NCBI GenBank assembly: GCA_038845265.1
Contig: JAWBQR010000007.1
Span: 30,278 to 94,277 of the forward strand
Source: Nitrososphaerota archaeon
GTDB lineage: Archaea > Thermoproteota > Nitrososphaeria_A > Caldarchaeales > Calditenuaceae
Direction of reading: 5' to 3'
DNA: 64,000 nt
Below the pieces are notes generated by a model. That model was not told the origin of the DNA. It ran no database searches and saw nothing but the letters and a program-made list of their open reading frames with translations. Position 1 is the stretch's first letter, and the number at the start of each line of letters is the position of its first letter. The position numbers and the translations under genes were made by a program. Positions 29,906 to 39,037 of the stretch are shown here, one piece after another.

Positions 29906-31761
29906 CCTCCCTCCCTCCAGACTATCTTGACTAGGCCAACTCTAGGGGACTCATCAGTCGGGCTCATTCTGGAAAGTGTAAAACGCATAGTGATTTTCTC
30001 ATTTACGGCAGGTATCAATAGGAAGTCAGAGTCAATATTGAGCGTAGGCAGCTCGGATTCAAGATTGATCCAGTTTAATATCTCGATATCAGCATCCGTC
30101 AGGTAGGTCTCGCTTCTAGTCCAGACCCCAGCATGGACGCGTAGATTCGCTGTGAGGTAATTCTGCGATGATTGATGCAGCCTCACCGTGACGTAGCCAT
30201 CATTCATCGAGTATAGATATAGGCGAAACATCTTCATTCCGCTTAGTCTCCAGCCGAGTAGCCTCGAGCTTGGATAGATAAGCCTCATAACTCCAGGGCC
30301 AGTCCTATTAGCCATGATGCTGCGGCCCGACACGATAGATAACGCAGACCTAGTAACTGCCGCGTTCTCAGATATCCATAATGATTCGTCACTCGTCAAT
30401 TCTCCCGGCACCTTTGGGAGATACCTGAATTCATAGTCTGGCGGTAAGTCTCGCTCTACTACTTTTCCATCACTCTTCAACAACTCAACTTTTACCTCTC
30501 CTTTATTCTCTCTGCATAGATAGTGTGTCCTGAGCCATCTCGTGAAGAGTGAGGACTGCGGCGTGTAGCTAAACTCAAAGCTTCCAGATGTATATCCAGC
30601 CGCTAGGCATGCCTCGCCATTCTCGTCCAACACGATGTTTGTGGGGTTCTCTAATACTAGTGGAGGCTTGTTGATGATTCTTATTGTCCTCGTGTCTGCC
30701 TGTAGTTTCTGCGCCATCATGACCGTGGATACGAGTGCAGAGACATCGCTGAGCGCCTCGGCGGCTGATAGGCGATGTCCAAACCTAGAGGTAGTCTCTC
30801 CCCTCATTAATTCATCGAGAAATTCTTCGAGGTATTCCCTGACCCCTCCAAGCACCACTGTCCTAGTCCTCTCAGATATTGATGGCTGGTATTCGATTCC
30901 GAGGACGACCATCTCTTTCTCCAATAATCCAAGTGATGGTAGATTGATGGTCAGCGTCTCTCCTATGTCTATCCCGATTGTTCTGAAGGTCTCAGAGGCG
31001 ACCTCGAGTTTTAGGCTGAGTCCCCGCTCCTTCTCCATCATTAGCCTAGTCCTGGCACGTCTCTCAGCCTCAGCTCTACTCGTCAGGAATGGGTCGTGAA
31101 CTACGAGCGGAGAGTCTCCGGGCTCCTCTGAACACTCCGCCAAGACTTCTCCATCACTTCCGACATAGATTATCCTATTCCTCATTCTCCATTTGTCCTC
31201 TAGTAGTTCAGCCCTCCTCACCTCGTTCTCGGTTATTGTTCCGAGCGGTGTCTTGGCTGTCTTGGGCCTAAAGATGAGTCTCTTGCCGGGCTTCATGAGT
31301 AGGAGAAAGTTTACTCCGCGTGCAGTGTCTCTCATTACTTCTAGTGCCGATACATTCTCTATCGGCCAGTCAGTCACGAGTTGTTCCCCATCAGCTACAT
31401 CTGTTGTGTCGACGTCTTTCTCAAGCTGTGCGAGTTCTCTTATTATTTCTCCCGCGTATGTGCCGGGCCTGTAGAGCCTGAAGACTATGTGTCTGTCATA
31501 GCTTATCAGGTAGCTGTATGCTAGGCACTTCGCCCTAGTCAGTCCCCGCTCCCTTCTAATCTCTCGCTGATAGATTATTCCCTCGAAGACCGGCTCCTCG
31601 TCCTCGAGAAGCATTACTTCCCCGCCCGGAGAGACCTCGCCTAGGTCCGGATTAACTACTTCAAATTCCAGGCTCTCAAGCATGTTGTGCGATATTCTCC
31701 TAACCGTGGCTGAGGCACGGTCAGCGTAGTTGTTCTGCCCTATCAACAACTCGAGGGTCAA
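29902..31761 (-). CDS. tail hub / baseplate-like protein
   Basis: FEGIIYQRE, AGEIIREL, SALEVMRD, MRNRIIYVG and IDIGETLTINLP resemble hub proteins; follows tape measure. Confidence 0.7.
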   Translation of the reverse strand: MTLELLIGQNNYADRASATVRRISHNMLESLEFEVVNPDLGEVSPGGEVMLLEDEEPVFEGIIYQREIRRERGLTRAKCLAYSYLISYDRHIVFRLYRPGTYAGEIIRELAQLEKDVDTTDVADGEQLVTDWPIENVSALEVMRDTARGVNFLLLMKPGKRLIFRPKTAKTPLGTITENEVRRAELLEDKWRMRNRIIYVGSDGEVLAECSEEPGDSPLVVHDPFLTSRAEAERRARTRLMMEKERGLSLKLEVASETFRTIGIDIGETLTINLPSLGLLEKEMVVLGIEYQPSISERTRTVVLGGVREYLEEFLDELMRGETTSRFGHRLSAAEALSDVSALVSTVMMAQKLQADTRTIRIINKPPLVLENPTNIVLDENGEACLAAGYTSGSFEFSYTPQSSLFTRWLRTHYLCRENKGEVKVELLKSDGKVVERDLPPDYEFRYLPKVPGELTSDESLWISENAAVTRSALSIVSGRSIMANRTGPGVMRLIYPSSRLLGWRLSGMKMFRLYLYSMNDGYVTVRLHQSSQNYLTANLRVHAGVWTRSETYLTDADIEILNWINLESELPTLNIDSDFLLIPAVNEKITMRFTLSRMSPTDESPRVGLVKIVWREGG

Positions 31762-33162
31762 TTATATCACGCCCCTCAGGCGACGCATGATTGTTGCTCC
31801 CAGTTTTTCAGCAAGCATCTCCCAGTTATTTTCGCCGAGTGGTTGGGCCACGTTGACTTTGATTGTTAGGCTGATATTGTTTACTCTGGGCTGAGGCATG
31901 GTCAACGGATTGTCCATCTCTATGACTGTAATGGTATCTCTCCTAAGGTCCTCAAGCATACTCATTGTTTTTCTAGTTCCCCAGTCATACCAGCTGATTA
32001 TTCCCCTCCACATATCTGGCACGACTGAGTGTCCCACCAGCGTGTCGTGGAGCCACTTGAATGCATCCTTGACGGACTTTGTTAGTCCCTCTATCCATCC
32101 AGTAATCGTGTCTATCGCTGACTTAATCACCCTAGTTATTGCTTCCCAGATCTTCTTTATTGATTCTTGAGCCCACTCAAATGCCTGGATCCAGCTCTTC
32201 ACATAGTTGATGAAGAGTCCGGCAATAAACTCTCCTAGAGGTCTTAAAACCTTCTCCCATAGCCACGTCAACGCATCTCCAAGCGATCTACCAGCAGACG
32301 AGAATACATCAAGCATGCTGATTACTACTTGGATGCTCTTCTGGAAGACTGAGGCCAAAAACTCGGCCAGCGGTTTTAATACATTCTCCATGACCCAGCT
32401 CAGGACTGGGCCGAAGAAGTCACCTATCGCTCGGGCTAGCGAGTTTACTGCATCCCTAAAGCCGAGGAAGTTTGTCTCGTAGGCGGCGATTAGGGCGCCG
32501 ATAGCCGTCAGGGCTATCCCGATCGGGCCTAGCGCGACGTTAAGACCCATGAAGCTGACCTTCAGTGAATTAATTCCGCCGACCATCATGGGCACCGTCT
32601 TGGCGAGTGCTGCTAAGGAGTTTGCTGCCTGTATCCCCTGGGGAACTAGTCCAACTAAGCTGACACCCATCGCGACTACTTGCATCTGTGCATCTCTCTG
32701 AGCATCTTCTAGGCTTCTTGTAGCCTTCTCCAGGTCCTTCTCGGCCTTCTCCAGTTCTCGCTGCGCCTTGATAGATTCCTCGACACTTCCAGCAGAGAGG
32801 AAACGGTTCAACGCCTGCTCGTATCTTTCGTGGGCCTCACTCAAGGCGAGCTGCGCAGTATTGACCCTAGTCATCGCGGTGTTCCAGGCATTGAAGAGTG
32901 AGAGAGTCCTAGAACCGAGCGCGGCGATGTTGTTTAGCTGTCCGGCCACGAACTGCGCTCTTTCACCAAATATCTGTGATTCTTCAGCAATAGCTCGAAG
33001 GATTTGTCTCTGTTCTCTAGACTCCCTGACGACATCTGCAGCCATCCTCTTAACGGTCTCGTTACTTTCTCCAAGCTCCTTTACTGCCTCCGAGACCGTC
33101 TTTATGCTAGGCGTAGCCCTATCCTCAGCGACAAAACTAATCCTGACCTCTTCTCTGGACAT
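31762..33162 (-). CDS. tail tape measure protein (short, 466 aa)
   Basis: VAEDRAT N-terminus, coiled coil, GPIGIALTAIGAL..AYETNFLGFRD, Trp/Phe periodic repeats, GHSVVPD. Confidence 0.88.
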   Translation of the reverse strand: MSREEVRISFVAEDRATPSIKTVSEAVKELGESNETVKRMAADVVRESREQRQILRAIAEESQIFGERAQFVAGQLNNIAALGSRTLSLFNAWNTAMTRVNTAQLALSEAHERYEQALNRFLSAGSVEESIKAQRELEKAEKDLEKATRSLEDAQRDAQMQVVAMGVSLVGLVPQGIQAANSLAALAKTVPMMVGGINSLKVSFMGLNVALGPIGIALTAIGALIAAYETNFLGFRDAVNSLARAIGDFFGPVLSWVMENVLKPLAEFLASVFQKSIQVVISMLDVFSSAGRSLGDALTWLWEKVLRPLGEFIAGLFINYVKSWIQAFEWAQESIKKIWEAITRVIKSAIDTITGWIEGLTKSVKDAFKWLHDTLVGHSVVPDMWRGIISWYDWGTRKTMSMLEDLRRDTITVIEMDNPLTMPQPRVNNISLTIKVNVAQPLGENNWEMLAEKLGATIMRRLRGVI

Positions 33163-33187
33163 CTAAGAATAATCATATCAAAAGCCA

Positions 33188-33222
33188 GTTATTATAAACT
33201 CTCAAATAAATAATTAATTATT
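33188..33222 (-). promoter_or_regulatory. TATA-like box plus AT palindrome upstream of tape measure gene
   Basis: Minus-strand TTATAATAAC about 26 nt before ATG; palindrome AATAATTAATTATT at 33209-33222. Confidence 0.4.
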
Positions 33223-33237
33223 GATAACAAATTAAAA

Positions 33238-33645
33238 TTAGAGTATTTTTAGCTGATTGTTTAGTATTTTGTCTTTGTTCTCTTTCCATGTGTCTATTGC
33301 TCTCGAGATGAATCCTGAGGGCTTGATTCCTGGATGAATCTTTATGAATCGCCAGCCGGCACCATTGATCAATACTGATCTTTGGAGAGTGAATGGTTTG
33401 ACTCCCTTCTCGACGTATAGTGTGTATGGGGCCTCCGAGACGACTTCATAAAGTAGTTCATCTCTCCTAGATACTTTAATCGAGGATGATAGCCTCCCAG
33501 TCCTCCTCGGTGCCAATGCTGCGGAGACCGATGCAACCAGCTCGGCGCTCGCCTCAAGATATTTCGTCATCAAAAGTCTGTACTTCTCTGGATTTAGCTT
33601 CTCCAGCACTTTCTCTATTCCGCTTATAGATATATCTATGGACAT
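33238..33645 (-). CDS. HK97 gp10-family tail completion protein
   Basis: APRRTGRLSSSI, APYTLYVEKG and HPGIKPSGFISRA. Confidence 0.85.
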   Translation of the reverse strand: MSIDISISGIEKVLEKLNPEKYRLLMTKYLEASAELVASVSAALAPRRTGRLSSSIKVSRRDELLYEVVSEAPYTLYVEKGVKPFTLQRSVLINGAGWRFIKIHPGIKPSGFISRAIDTWKENKDKILNNQLKIL

Positions 33646-34069
33646 CTCTGCTTCTTTTGGTTCTTTAATCTCTTCTTCGCTACGTGTGAGTATAGTACGA
33701 GGTCTAGGAGCAGGTCTCTGAGTTCTCCGTTTAGTATCTCGCTGGGCCTGGCTCCGAATGTCTCTCCCAGCACGACGAGCGCCTCAACTATTCCCGGAAA
33801 TTTTCGACTAGTCTATACGCGTCTCTGACGGCTCTTTCTTCGATCTTCATAAGTGCTATTATCAGGAGGGGCTTATGCTCAGGCCTATCCGGAAACGGCT
33901 TGACACAGATTTCTAATACTTTGTCAACAATTCTCTCTAATTCTTCACCCATCTTTAGTGCCTCTTCTAGATTGCTCGGAGACGTGAGCTTCTGGATCAG
34001 TGAGAGGAGAGGCCACGCTCTAGCCTTTGTCTCGAGCTCGTACTCCACGTCGTCTATCACTATCTTCAT
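33636..34069 (-). CDS. tail assembly chaperone, long (GT-like) product via predicted -1 frameshift
   Basis: Slippery A-AAT-TTC at 33797-33803; -1 frame open to TAG at 33636-33638. Confidence 0.75.
33788..34069 (-). CDS. tail assembly chaperone (G-like)
   Basis: 93 aa directly downstream of tail tube, MKIVIDDVEYEL start. Confidence 0.75.
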   Translation of the reverse strand: MKIVIDDVEYELETKARAWPLLSLIQKLTSPSNLEEALKMGEELERIVDKVLEICVKPFPDRPEHKPLLIIALMKIEERAVRDAYRLVENFRE

Positions 34070-34080
34070 TTGTCTCGGCC

Positions 34081-35016
34081 TCAGTATCCTGGGTCAGTGT
34101 TCTTCAGTGATATGGATATTGATGGTTCAGATAGAGTTCTAAGGGCCCTCATCTCTATTTCCTCGACGAGCAGCTCCCTCGCGTCTATCTCAGCGGTGTG
34201 GGAGTCATAGACAACTCTCGGCATCTCTATTATGAGTTGGTAACTATGCCCCTCGGCGCCAGGTATCTCGGGCCCAGTTAAATTAATCCTCATAGAGGTC
34301 TCCGACCCTGATAAGAATTCCTCAAGCCTCGAGGATGTGAGGAACCTCGCCGACAGCTTGATGTCGACGCTGTACTTCCTCGGCGACAGTCTCTGCAACA
34401 CGTTGCTTCCGACTACGAATTCATCGTCACTTAGGCCATTCTCTAGCGATAGTTCAAGCTTCTTGATGAATACTGCTTCGCCTCCGAGTGTGAGTGAGGT
34501 CTCGGTCGGCAGCCAGTTCCTGACAGATGGATAGCTCGGGATGCTCGGAGTAGTTATGTCCATGTCCCTGCCCAGCAGTTCGCTCCTCATTGTCGGTGCC
34601 TCGCCTGCCTCGAATATGAATTCAATCTTACCAACTCCGCATCCTATGAATCTCTCGGCGATTCCATCAGCCGCGACTATCACTGTATAGGGAATCACAT
34701 TGTTGCTCGGCGTGAAGGAATGAAGATATGCAGTCGAGGATTCTATCTGTGTGGTTGTTGCTCCTCCGAAGAAGCTGTTGAGGAGTTCTCCAATCATTGA
34801 TGGGTTTAGCCTCTGCTCTATTCCTCCCTTTACGGTTCTGAGCCCCTCTAATGCGCTTGAATACTCGATGTAGCTGATATTGTCCTCGTCGTATATGATT
34901 TCTTTCTCGAGGTGGAGGTCGCATGAGTCTACGTGTATGTATTTGAAGCCACTCGTTGCCGGCGTATCTATGCTGGCCTGCCTGGCCAGCGCTACATATC
35001 TTGTCCAACTACTCAT
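34081..35016 (-). CDS. tail tube protein (non-contractile type)
   Basis: YLHSFTP, FIGCGVGKIEF, LSLENGL and LIIEMPRVVY; no sheath gene nearby. Confidence 0.85.
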   Translation of the reverse strand: MSSWTRYVALARQASIDTPATSGFKYIHVDSCDLHLEKEIIYDEDNISYIEYSSALEGLRTVKGGIEQRLNPSMIGELLNSFFGGATTTQIESSTAYLHSFTPSNNVIPYTVIVAADGIAERFIGCGVGKIEFIFEAGEAPTMRSELLGRDMDITTPSIPSYPSVRNWLPTETSLTLGGEAVFIKKLELSLENGLSDDEFVVGSNVLQRLSPRKYSVDIKLSARFLTSSRLEEFLSGSETSMRINLTGPEIPGAEGHSYQLIIEMPRVVYDSHTAEIDARELLVEEIEMRALRTLSEPSISISLKNTDPGY

Positions 35017-35079
35017 GTAGGCTCACCCCCTATATCCCCAGCCGGGCTTTCCCATGACTGGATGGACGGAGGCGGCAAA

Positions 35080-35511
35080 CTATGCCTCAACTCTCACAGA
35101 CACCGTCTGGACAAGCATGTGCCCAAACTCTCCCCGACTATTCCTAGTCTGCGACAGTTCATACTCTACTCCGGGCTCCGCATCGACGAAGAATGTTCTT
35201 ATACCGAGGCTCGGGTCGGACAGTATTGCGTCATATATCGACCAATGTATCCTGACGGCCTCGTCATAGCTCTCCTTATAGTCAGCGCTCAGGGTCTCTA
35301 TGACTATCTCGAAGACCCAGTTATGGAGCCTCAGCCCCGAGCCCACAATGTGTCTCTGCGAGCTCCCCCTCCTAGCAATTATCCTCACGCGTGGATACGA
35401 AGCCCTCCCAGGCTCAACTCCAGCATCAACGAGCCTAGCAAGGCCGAGGCCGGAGACCAGGTCTTTTAGCGCAGTCTCCACTATTCTAAACCTCTCCTCA
35501 GCGAGTCCCAC
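35080..35511 (-). CDS. tail terminator / completion protein
   Basis: 143 aa upstream of tube; YPRVRI, IYDAILSDPSLG. Confidence 0.65.
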   Translation of the reverse strand: MGLAEERFRIVETALKDLVSGLGLARLVDAGVEPGRASYPRVRIIARRGSSQRHIVGSGLRLHNWVFEIVIETLSADYKESYDEAVRIHWSIYDAILSDPSLGIRTFFVDAEPGVEYELSQTRNSRGEFGHMLVQTVSVRVEA

Positions 35512-35887
35512 GTCTCCTCGACCTCCTTCCCCGACTACGATTCAGCCTGATGAAAAAAGCAGCGATCAGGGCAGTGATGAATAGTGCTGCGGCGAGTGGC
35601 GTGAGTAGTATTCTGGACCTCTTGAAGGACTCGTCCATGGCTGATAGATACGCAATGAATGCTCCGAATCCACCCGAGGCAGCGACGGCCACCCTCTTGA
35701 ATCCATGACTAATGAGGCTCAGCCTCCAAGCCGAGTATGCAAGCATTATGACAAAAAAGAGCGAAGAGACAGCGAAGACTGGCAGGAGCATCGAGTACAA
35801 TATTCGTGGGAGGGCTCCAGCAGTTATTGTGATTATTAGTAGCGCCGCCGAGGCTCCAGCGATACATGCTAGTAGTCGCTGCTTCAC
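35498..35887 (-). CDS. four-TM membrane protein within tail operon
   Basis: Four hydrophobic helices and an Arg-rich C-terminus. Confidence 0.6.
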   Translation of the reverse strand: MKQRLLACIAGASAALLIITITAGALPRILYSMLLPVFAVSSLFFVIMLAYSAWRLSLISHGFKRVAVAASGGFGAFIAYLSAMDESFKRSRILLTPLAAALFITALIAAFFIRLNRSRGRRSRRRGTR

Positions 35888-35890
35888 TTC

Positions 35891-36229
35891 TTATTCTCCC
35901 CCCGTGAGTGTTGCTCCTCCGGCCTCTCTCGAGATAAGGCTCTGCCTCAGCTCTCCAAGTATCTCCCTGATCTCTCTCCAGAGGGACTCTCTTACTGAGT
36001 TTTCCCGGCTGTTCCAGATTAGGTAGAGGTCTGCAGCGATGTCTGCGCTTATCCTTCTCAGCAGCTCGGGGCTTGTTGTTGCAGGTGTGAGTCCGAGCTC
36101 TCTATGGGTCTCGTCTATCATTGAGTCTGCCTGAGATATGAACTGCAGTATCTCCTGGTCGCATGAGTTGTCCTCGGCGCTCAGCCCGAGCCTAACAACC
36201 TTCACGTCCTCGATCGATGAGTAGGGCAT
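35891..36229 (-). CDS. head-tail adaptor protein
   Basis: MPYSSIEDVK...FISQADSMIDE...LLRRISADIAA typical of gp6/gp36-like adaptors. Confidence 0.8.
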   Translation of the reverse strand: MPYSSIEDVKVVRLGLSAEDNSCDQEILQFISQADSMIDETHRELGLTPATTSPELLRRISADIAADLYLIWNSRENSVRESLWREIREILGELRQSLISREAGGATLTGGE

Positions 36230-36253
36230 CTACCAATAATTTACAAAATCGAT

Positions 36254-36284
36254 GTTATTATAATTTGAGACATAATTAATTATT
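36254..36284 (-). promoter_or_regulatory. TATA-like box plus AT palindrome in the divergent tail/packaging promoter region
   Basis: Minus-strand TTATAATAAC about 25 nt before ATG 36229; palindrome ATAATTAATTAT at 36272-36283. Confidence 0.4.
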
Positions 36285-36332
36285 TAATGATTCAGAAGAA
36301 AATATATTCATCCATAAGTGGGTTATTGATAG

Positions 36333-36740
36333 ATGAGTCGCAGATTCATCATAAGTAAGTATCCGAGGATCATTAAGGACTGGCTGGAGGTCTTTGAGAA
36401 GAATCTGTCAGTGACTAGGGAGCTTCGTCTTGACGAGTATGTCAAGGTCATATGGCTAGATGCTTGTAGTATTCCTAAGGTTCCGCATGGGACTGATCCT
36501 CTTGACGCTCCGATTGCGACGAGGACTGAGACGCCTGGAAGGTTTCTTGGGGTCTACTTGGATAAGGAGTATGGGCTTCCTCACTTGGTTATTGTTACTG
36601 AGAGGTCTGGTGAGTTGGAGCACTGGACGAGTATTCCGATGCCGATTGTGAGGAGCATAATTAAGCTGACCGAGGTCGAGGCGAAGAAGGCTAGGGCTTC
36701 GTTTGTCAGGATTAATGCGTCGGAGGCGATGGATGGTTGA
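36333..36740 (+). CDS. hypothetical virus-type protein
   Basis: First gene of packaging operon; VKVIWLDA...IPMPIVRSIIKL. Confidence 0.6.
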   Translation: MSRRFIISKYPRIIKDWLEVFEKNLSVTRELRLDEYVKVIWLDACSIPKVPHGTDPLDAPIATRTETPGRFLGVYLDKEYGLPHLVIVTERSGELEHWTSIPMPIVRSIIKLTEVEAKKARASFVRINASEAMDG

Positions 36741-36961
36741 GGACTGCTAATAGGATTGAGCGGCATGGGAGGTTCATCGTTAAGGCAGGGGCCTTTAGGC
36801 TAAATGTGACGCGTTATGACTACTATGCCGTTATTATCTCTGCCTTTGCCGGCGCGGTGATTTACCTGACGCTTAGTGGGAGGCTTGAGGATGCATTGGT
36901 CTTGACCTCGCTCCTGAGCGGCGTTGGGCTCTCTGAGCTCTTGAGGAGGCTTGAGCCGTGA
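36737..36961 (+). CDS. small two-TM membrane protein
   Basis: Hydrophobic helices; 4-nt overlaps with both neighbours. Confidence 0.55.
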   Translation: MRTANRIERHGRFIVKAGAFRLNVTRYDYYAVIISAFAGAVIYLTLSGRLEDALVLTSLLSGVGLSELLRRLEP

Positions 36962-37467
36962 ATAAGACTCAGAGGATACTTAGTCTGGCGAGGGATGGTA
37001 AGGGAGCATACGAGATATCCAAGGAGGTCTATGGAGACACCTCGAGACGCAGCCTCAATAGAGTCTGGGTAATACTGAACAGACTAGTCAAGCGTGGACT
37101 GTTAAGCAAAAATCAATCAAAGGAGCAGCTGCTTAACAGTAGGCTCGACGAGCTTAGGAATAGGGTCAAGGCGCTTCTGACCAGCGAGAAATCTCCCCTC
37201 AAGGGCGAGAGGGCCAGGTATATCGGTGTTCCGACTTGGAGCGAGATGGTCGTTGAGGTAAGGGAGATAGCGTCAGAGGCCTACGCACTGGCGCAGGAAG
37301 TAATCAGGCAGGGAAACCTGAGGCTTGCGAGGCAGTACCTCGAGCTGGTTCTGAAATGCATGTCTGAGATCAGGCATGAGCGGAGAGAGCTCGACCTAGA
37401 GACGCTGAGCAGAATCGTTGAGGGCGTTAGGAGCGAGCTCAGCGATGAGCGCTCCAAGGCTGAGTAA
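36958..37467 (+). CDS. HTH protein, candidate terminase small subunit
   Basis: N-terminal HTH, helical C-terminus; overlaps terL start. Confidence 0.55.
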   Translation: MNKTQRILSLARDGKGAYEISKEVYGDTSRRSLNRVWVILNRLVKRGLLSKNQSKEQLLNSRLDELRNRVKALLTSEKSPLKGERARYIGVPTWSEMVVEVREIASEAYALAQEVIRQGNLRLARQYLELVLKCMSEIRHERRELDLETLSRIVEGVRSELSDERSKAE

Positions 37468-39037
37468 GAGCCAATTATGGAGAGCGGTTGGAAAAATTAG
37501 CATAGAGCTAGAGGAGAGACATATAGAGATTCTTAGGTCGCTGGCAGAGTACTTGGCACGCGTTGCTGGCTCTCACAAATTATTCTCGAGGATTATTCGT
37601 AGGATTCGGCCAAGGACACGGGAGGAGCTGCTTGAGTTAACGGGCCTCTATGAGAAGATTAGCCGCTTCTCCGTAGAGGAGGCTAGGAGGCCGGGCATAT
37701 TCATAGAGCTATTCACGAGGTTTAGGCCCACGAATTATCAGGCAAAGCTGATTGAGGATGAGTCCCGAATGATCGCGGTGGCGGCATGCAGGCAGAGCGG
37801 AAAGACAACCGCCATAGCTCTCAGGCTTATCCATCTAGCGATAATAAATCCAGGCAGCAGGACATGCATAGTCGCTCCGAGCTTCAGGCAGGCGAGGAAA
37901 AGCATCAGGAAGCTAAAGGAGCAGCTCGACCTTTTTCTCTGGACTGCTAGGAGGGCATTCGTGTCTGAGGAGCTTAAGACCATCGTGAAATTCACGAATG
38001 GAAGCGTCATAGAGGCTCTCCCAAACGCGATCGAGCGGCTGCGTGGCGAGACTTACAACTACTGCTACCTAGACGAGTTCAGCTACTTCATTGATGATGC
38101 TGAGTTATTAGAGGGTGTATTACTGCCGAGCATCGCTACTCAGTGGGACAGGGACGCGAGAATAATTGTCAGTAGCACGCCCTGGAGGAGAGATGGGCTC
38201 TTCTACAAGATATTCAACGATCCCCAAGAGAAAAAGAGATGGAGCATTCATAAATGGACCTGGCGGGAGGCCGTGGCTGAGGGTATAATCTCCGATGAAT
38301 TCATTCGTCGTGAGATGACAAGTAAGGACCGGAGCTTCTTCATGAGGGAGTATGAGGCAGAGTGGGTTGGAGACGAGGATAGCTGGCTAAGTCTCAGCCT
38401 CATAAACTGTAGCCTCGACCCAGATCTCTCTTGGTGGACTGAGGACACGCCAATTAATGGCAGGGAGCTCTACGCCGGCCTAGACCTAGGCAAGAGAATG
38501 GACAATAGTGTCCTAACTATCGTCGAGAGGCTTGGAGAAGACCTATACGTAAGGCTCGTGAAGATATGGCCCCTCGAGACAAGCTATAGCAGTATTGTTG
38601 GGCAGCTCAAGCGCCTCACGAATAACTGGAGGACGGTCTTCAAGGTCGCAGTAGACATTACGGGCGTCGGTGAAGCAGTCTCAGAACTGATAAAAGACTC
38701 AGCCATCCAAGGATACGTCGGCGTAGTCTTCACTTCTAGAATGAAGGAAGAACTAGCAACCGTATTGAAGCAGGTCATGATGAGTGGATGCAAGATGGAT
38801 GATGCGGGCAGATGGACAGGCACCTCAACCCTACACATACCGGCAAGGAATAACACCCAGCTCACAGAGGAGGTAGTTGCCCAGCTAAACGCAGAGAAGT
38901 ATGAGGTGGCTGCTGATGGGAGTGTCAGATTCTATCACAGCCCGAACGCTCGGGTCGATGTCTTCTGGAGCATGGCGCTGGCAGTCTATGCAAGTAGAAT
39001 GAAGAGCGTCGGCGGAGCGACGGTCCTGCATGGTTAG
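37445..39037 (+). CDS. terL: terminase large subunit
   Basis: CRQSGKTT Walker A, LRGETYNYCYLDE Walker B, SSTP, FMREYEAEW, nuclease GLDLG and AVDITGVG. Confidence 0.95.
   Translation: MSAPRLSKSQLWRAVGKISIELEERHIEILRSLAEYLARVAGSHKLFSRIIRRIRPRTREELLELTGLYEKISRFSVEEARRPGIFIELFTRFRPTNYQAKLIEDESRMIAVAACRQSGKTTAIALRLIHLAIINPGSRTCIVAPSFRQARKSIRKLKEQLDLFLWTARRAFVSEELKTIVKFTNGSVIEALPNAIERLRGETYNYCYLDEFSYFIDDAELLEGVLLPSIATQWDRDARIIVSSTPWRRDGLFYKIFNDPQEKKRWSIHKWTWREAVAEGIISDEFIRREMTSKDRSFFMREYEAEWVGDEDSWLSLSLINCSLDPDLSWWTEDTPINGRELYAGLDLGKRMDNSVLTIVERLGEDLYVRLVKIWPLETSYSSIVGQLKRLTNNWRTVFKVAVDITGVGEAVSELIKDSAIQGYVGVVFTSRMKEELATVLKQVMMSGCKMDDAGRWTGTSTLHIPARNNTQLTEEVVAQLNAEKYEVAADGSVRFYHSPNARVDVFWSMALAVYASRMKSVGGATVLHG

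Noticed and set aside
27666-36229. Contractile injection system or tailocin
   Set aside because: No sheath or baseplate wedge genes were recognised, and a head-tail adaptor plus a head module are present
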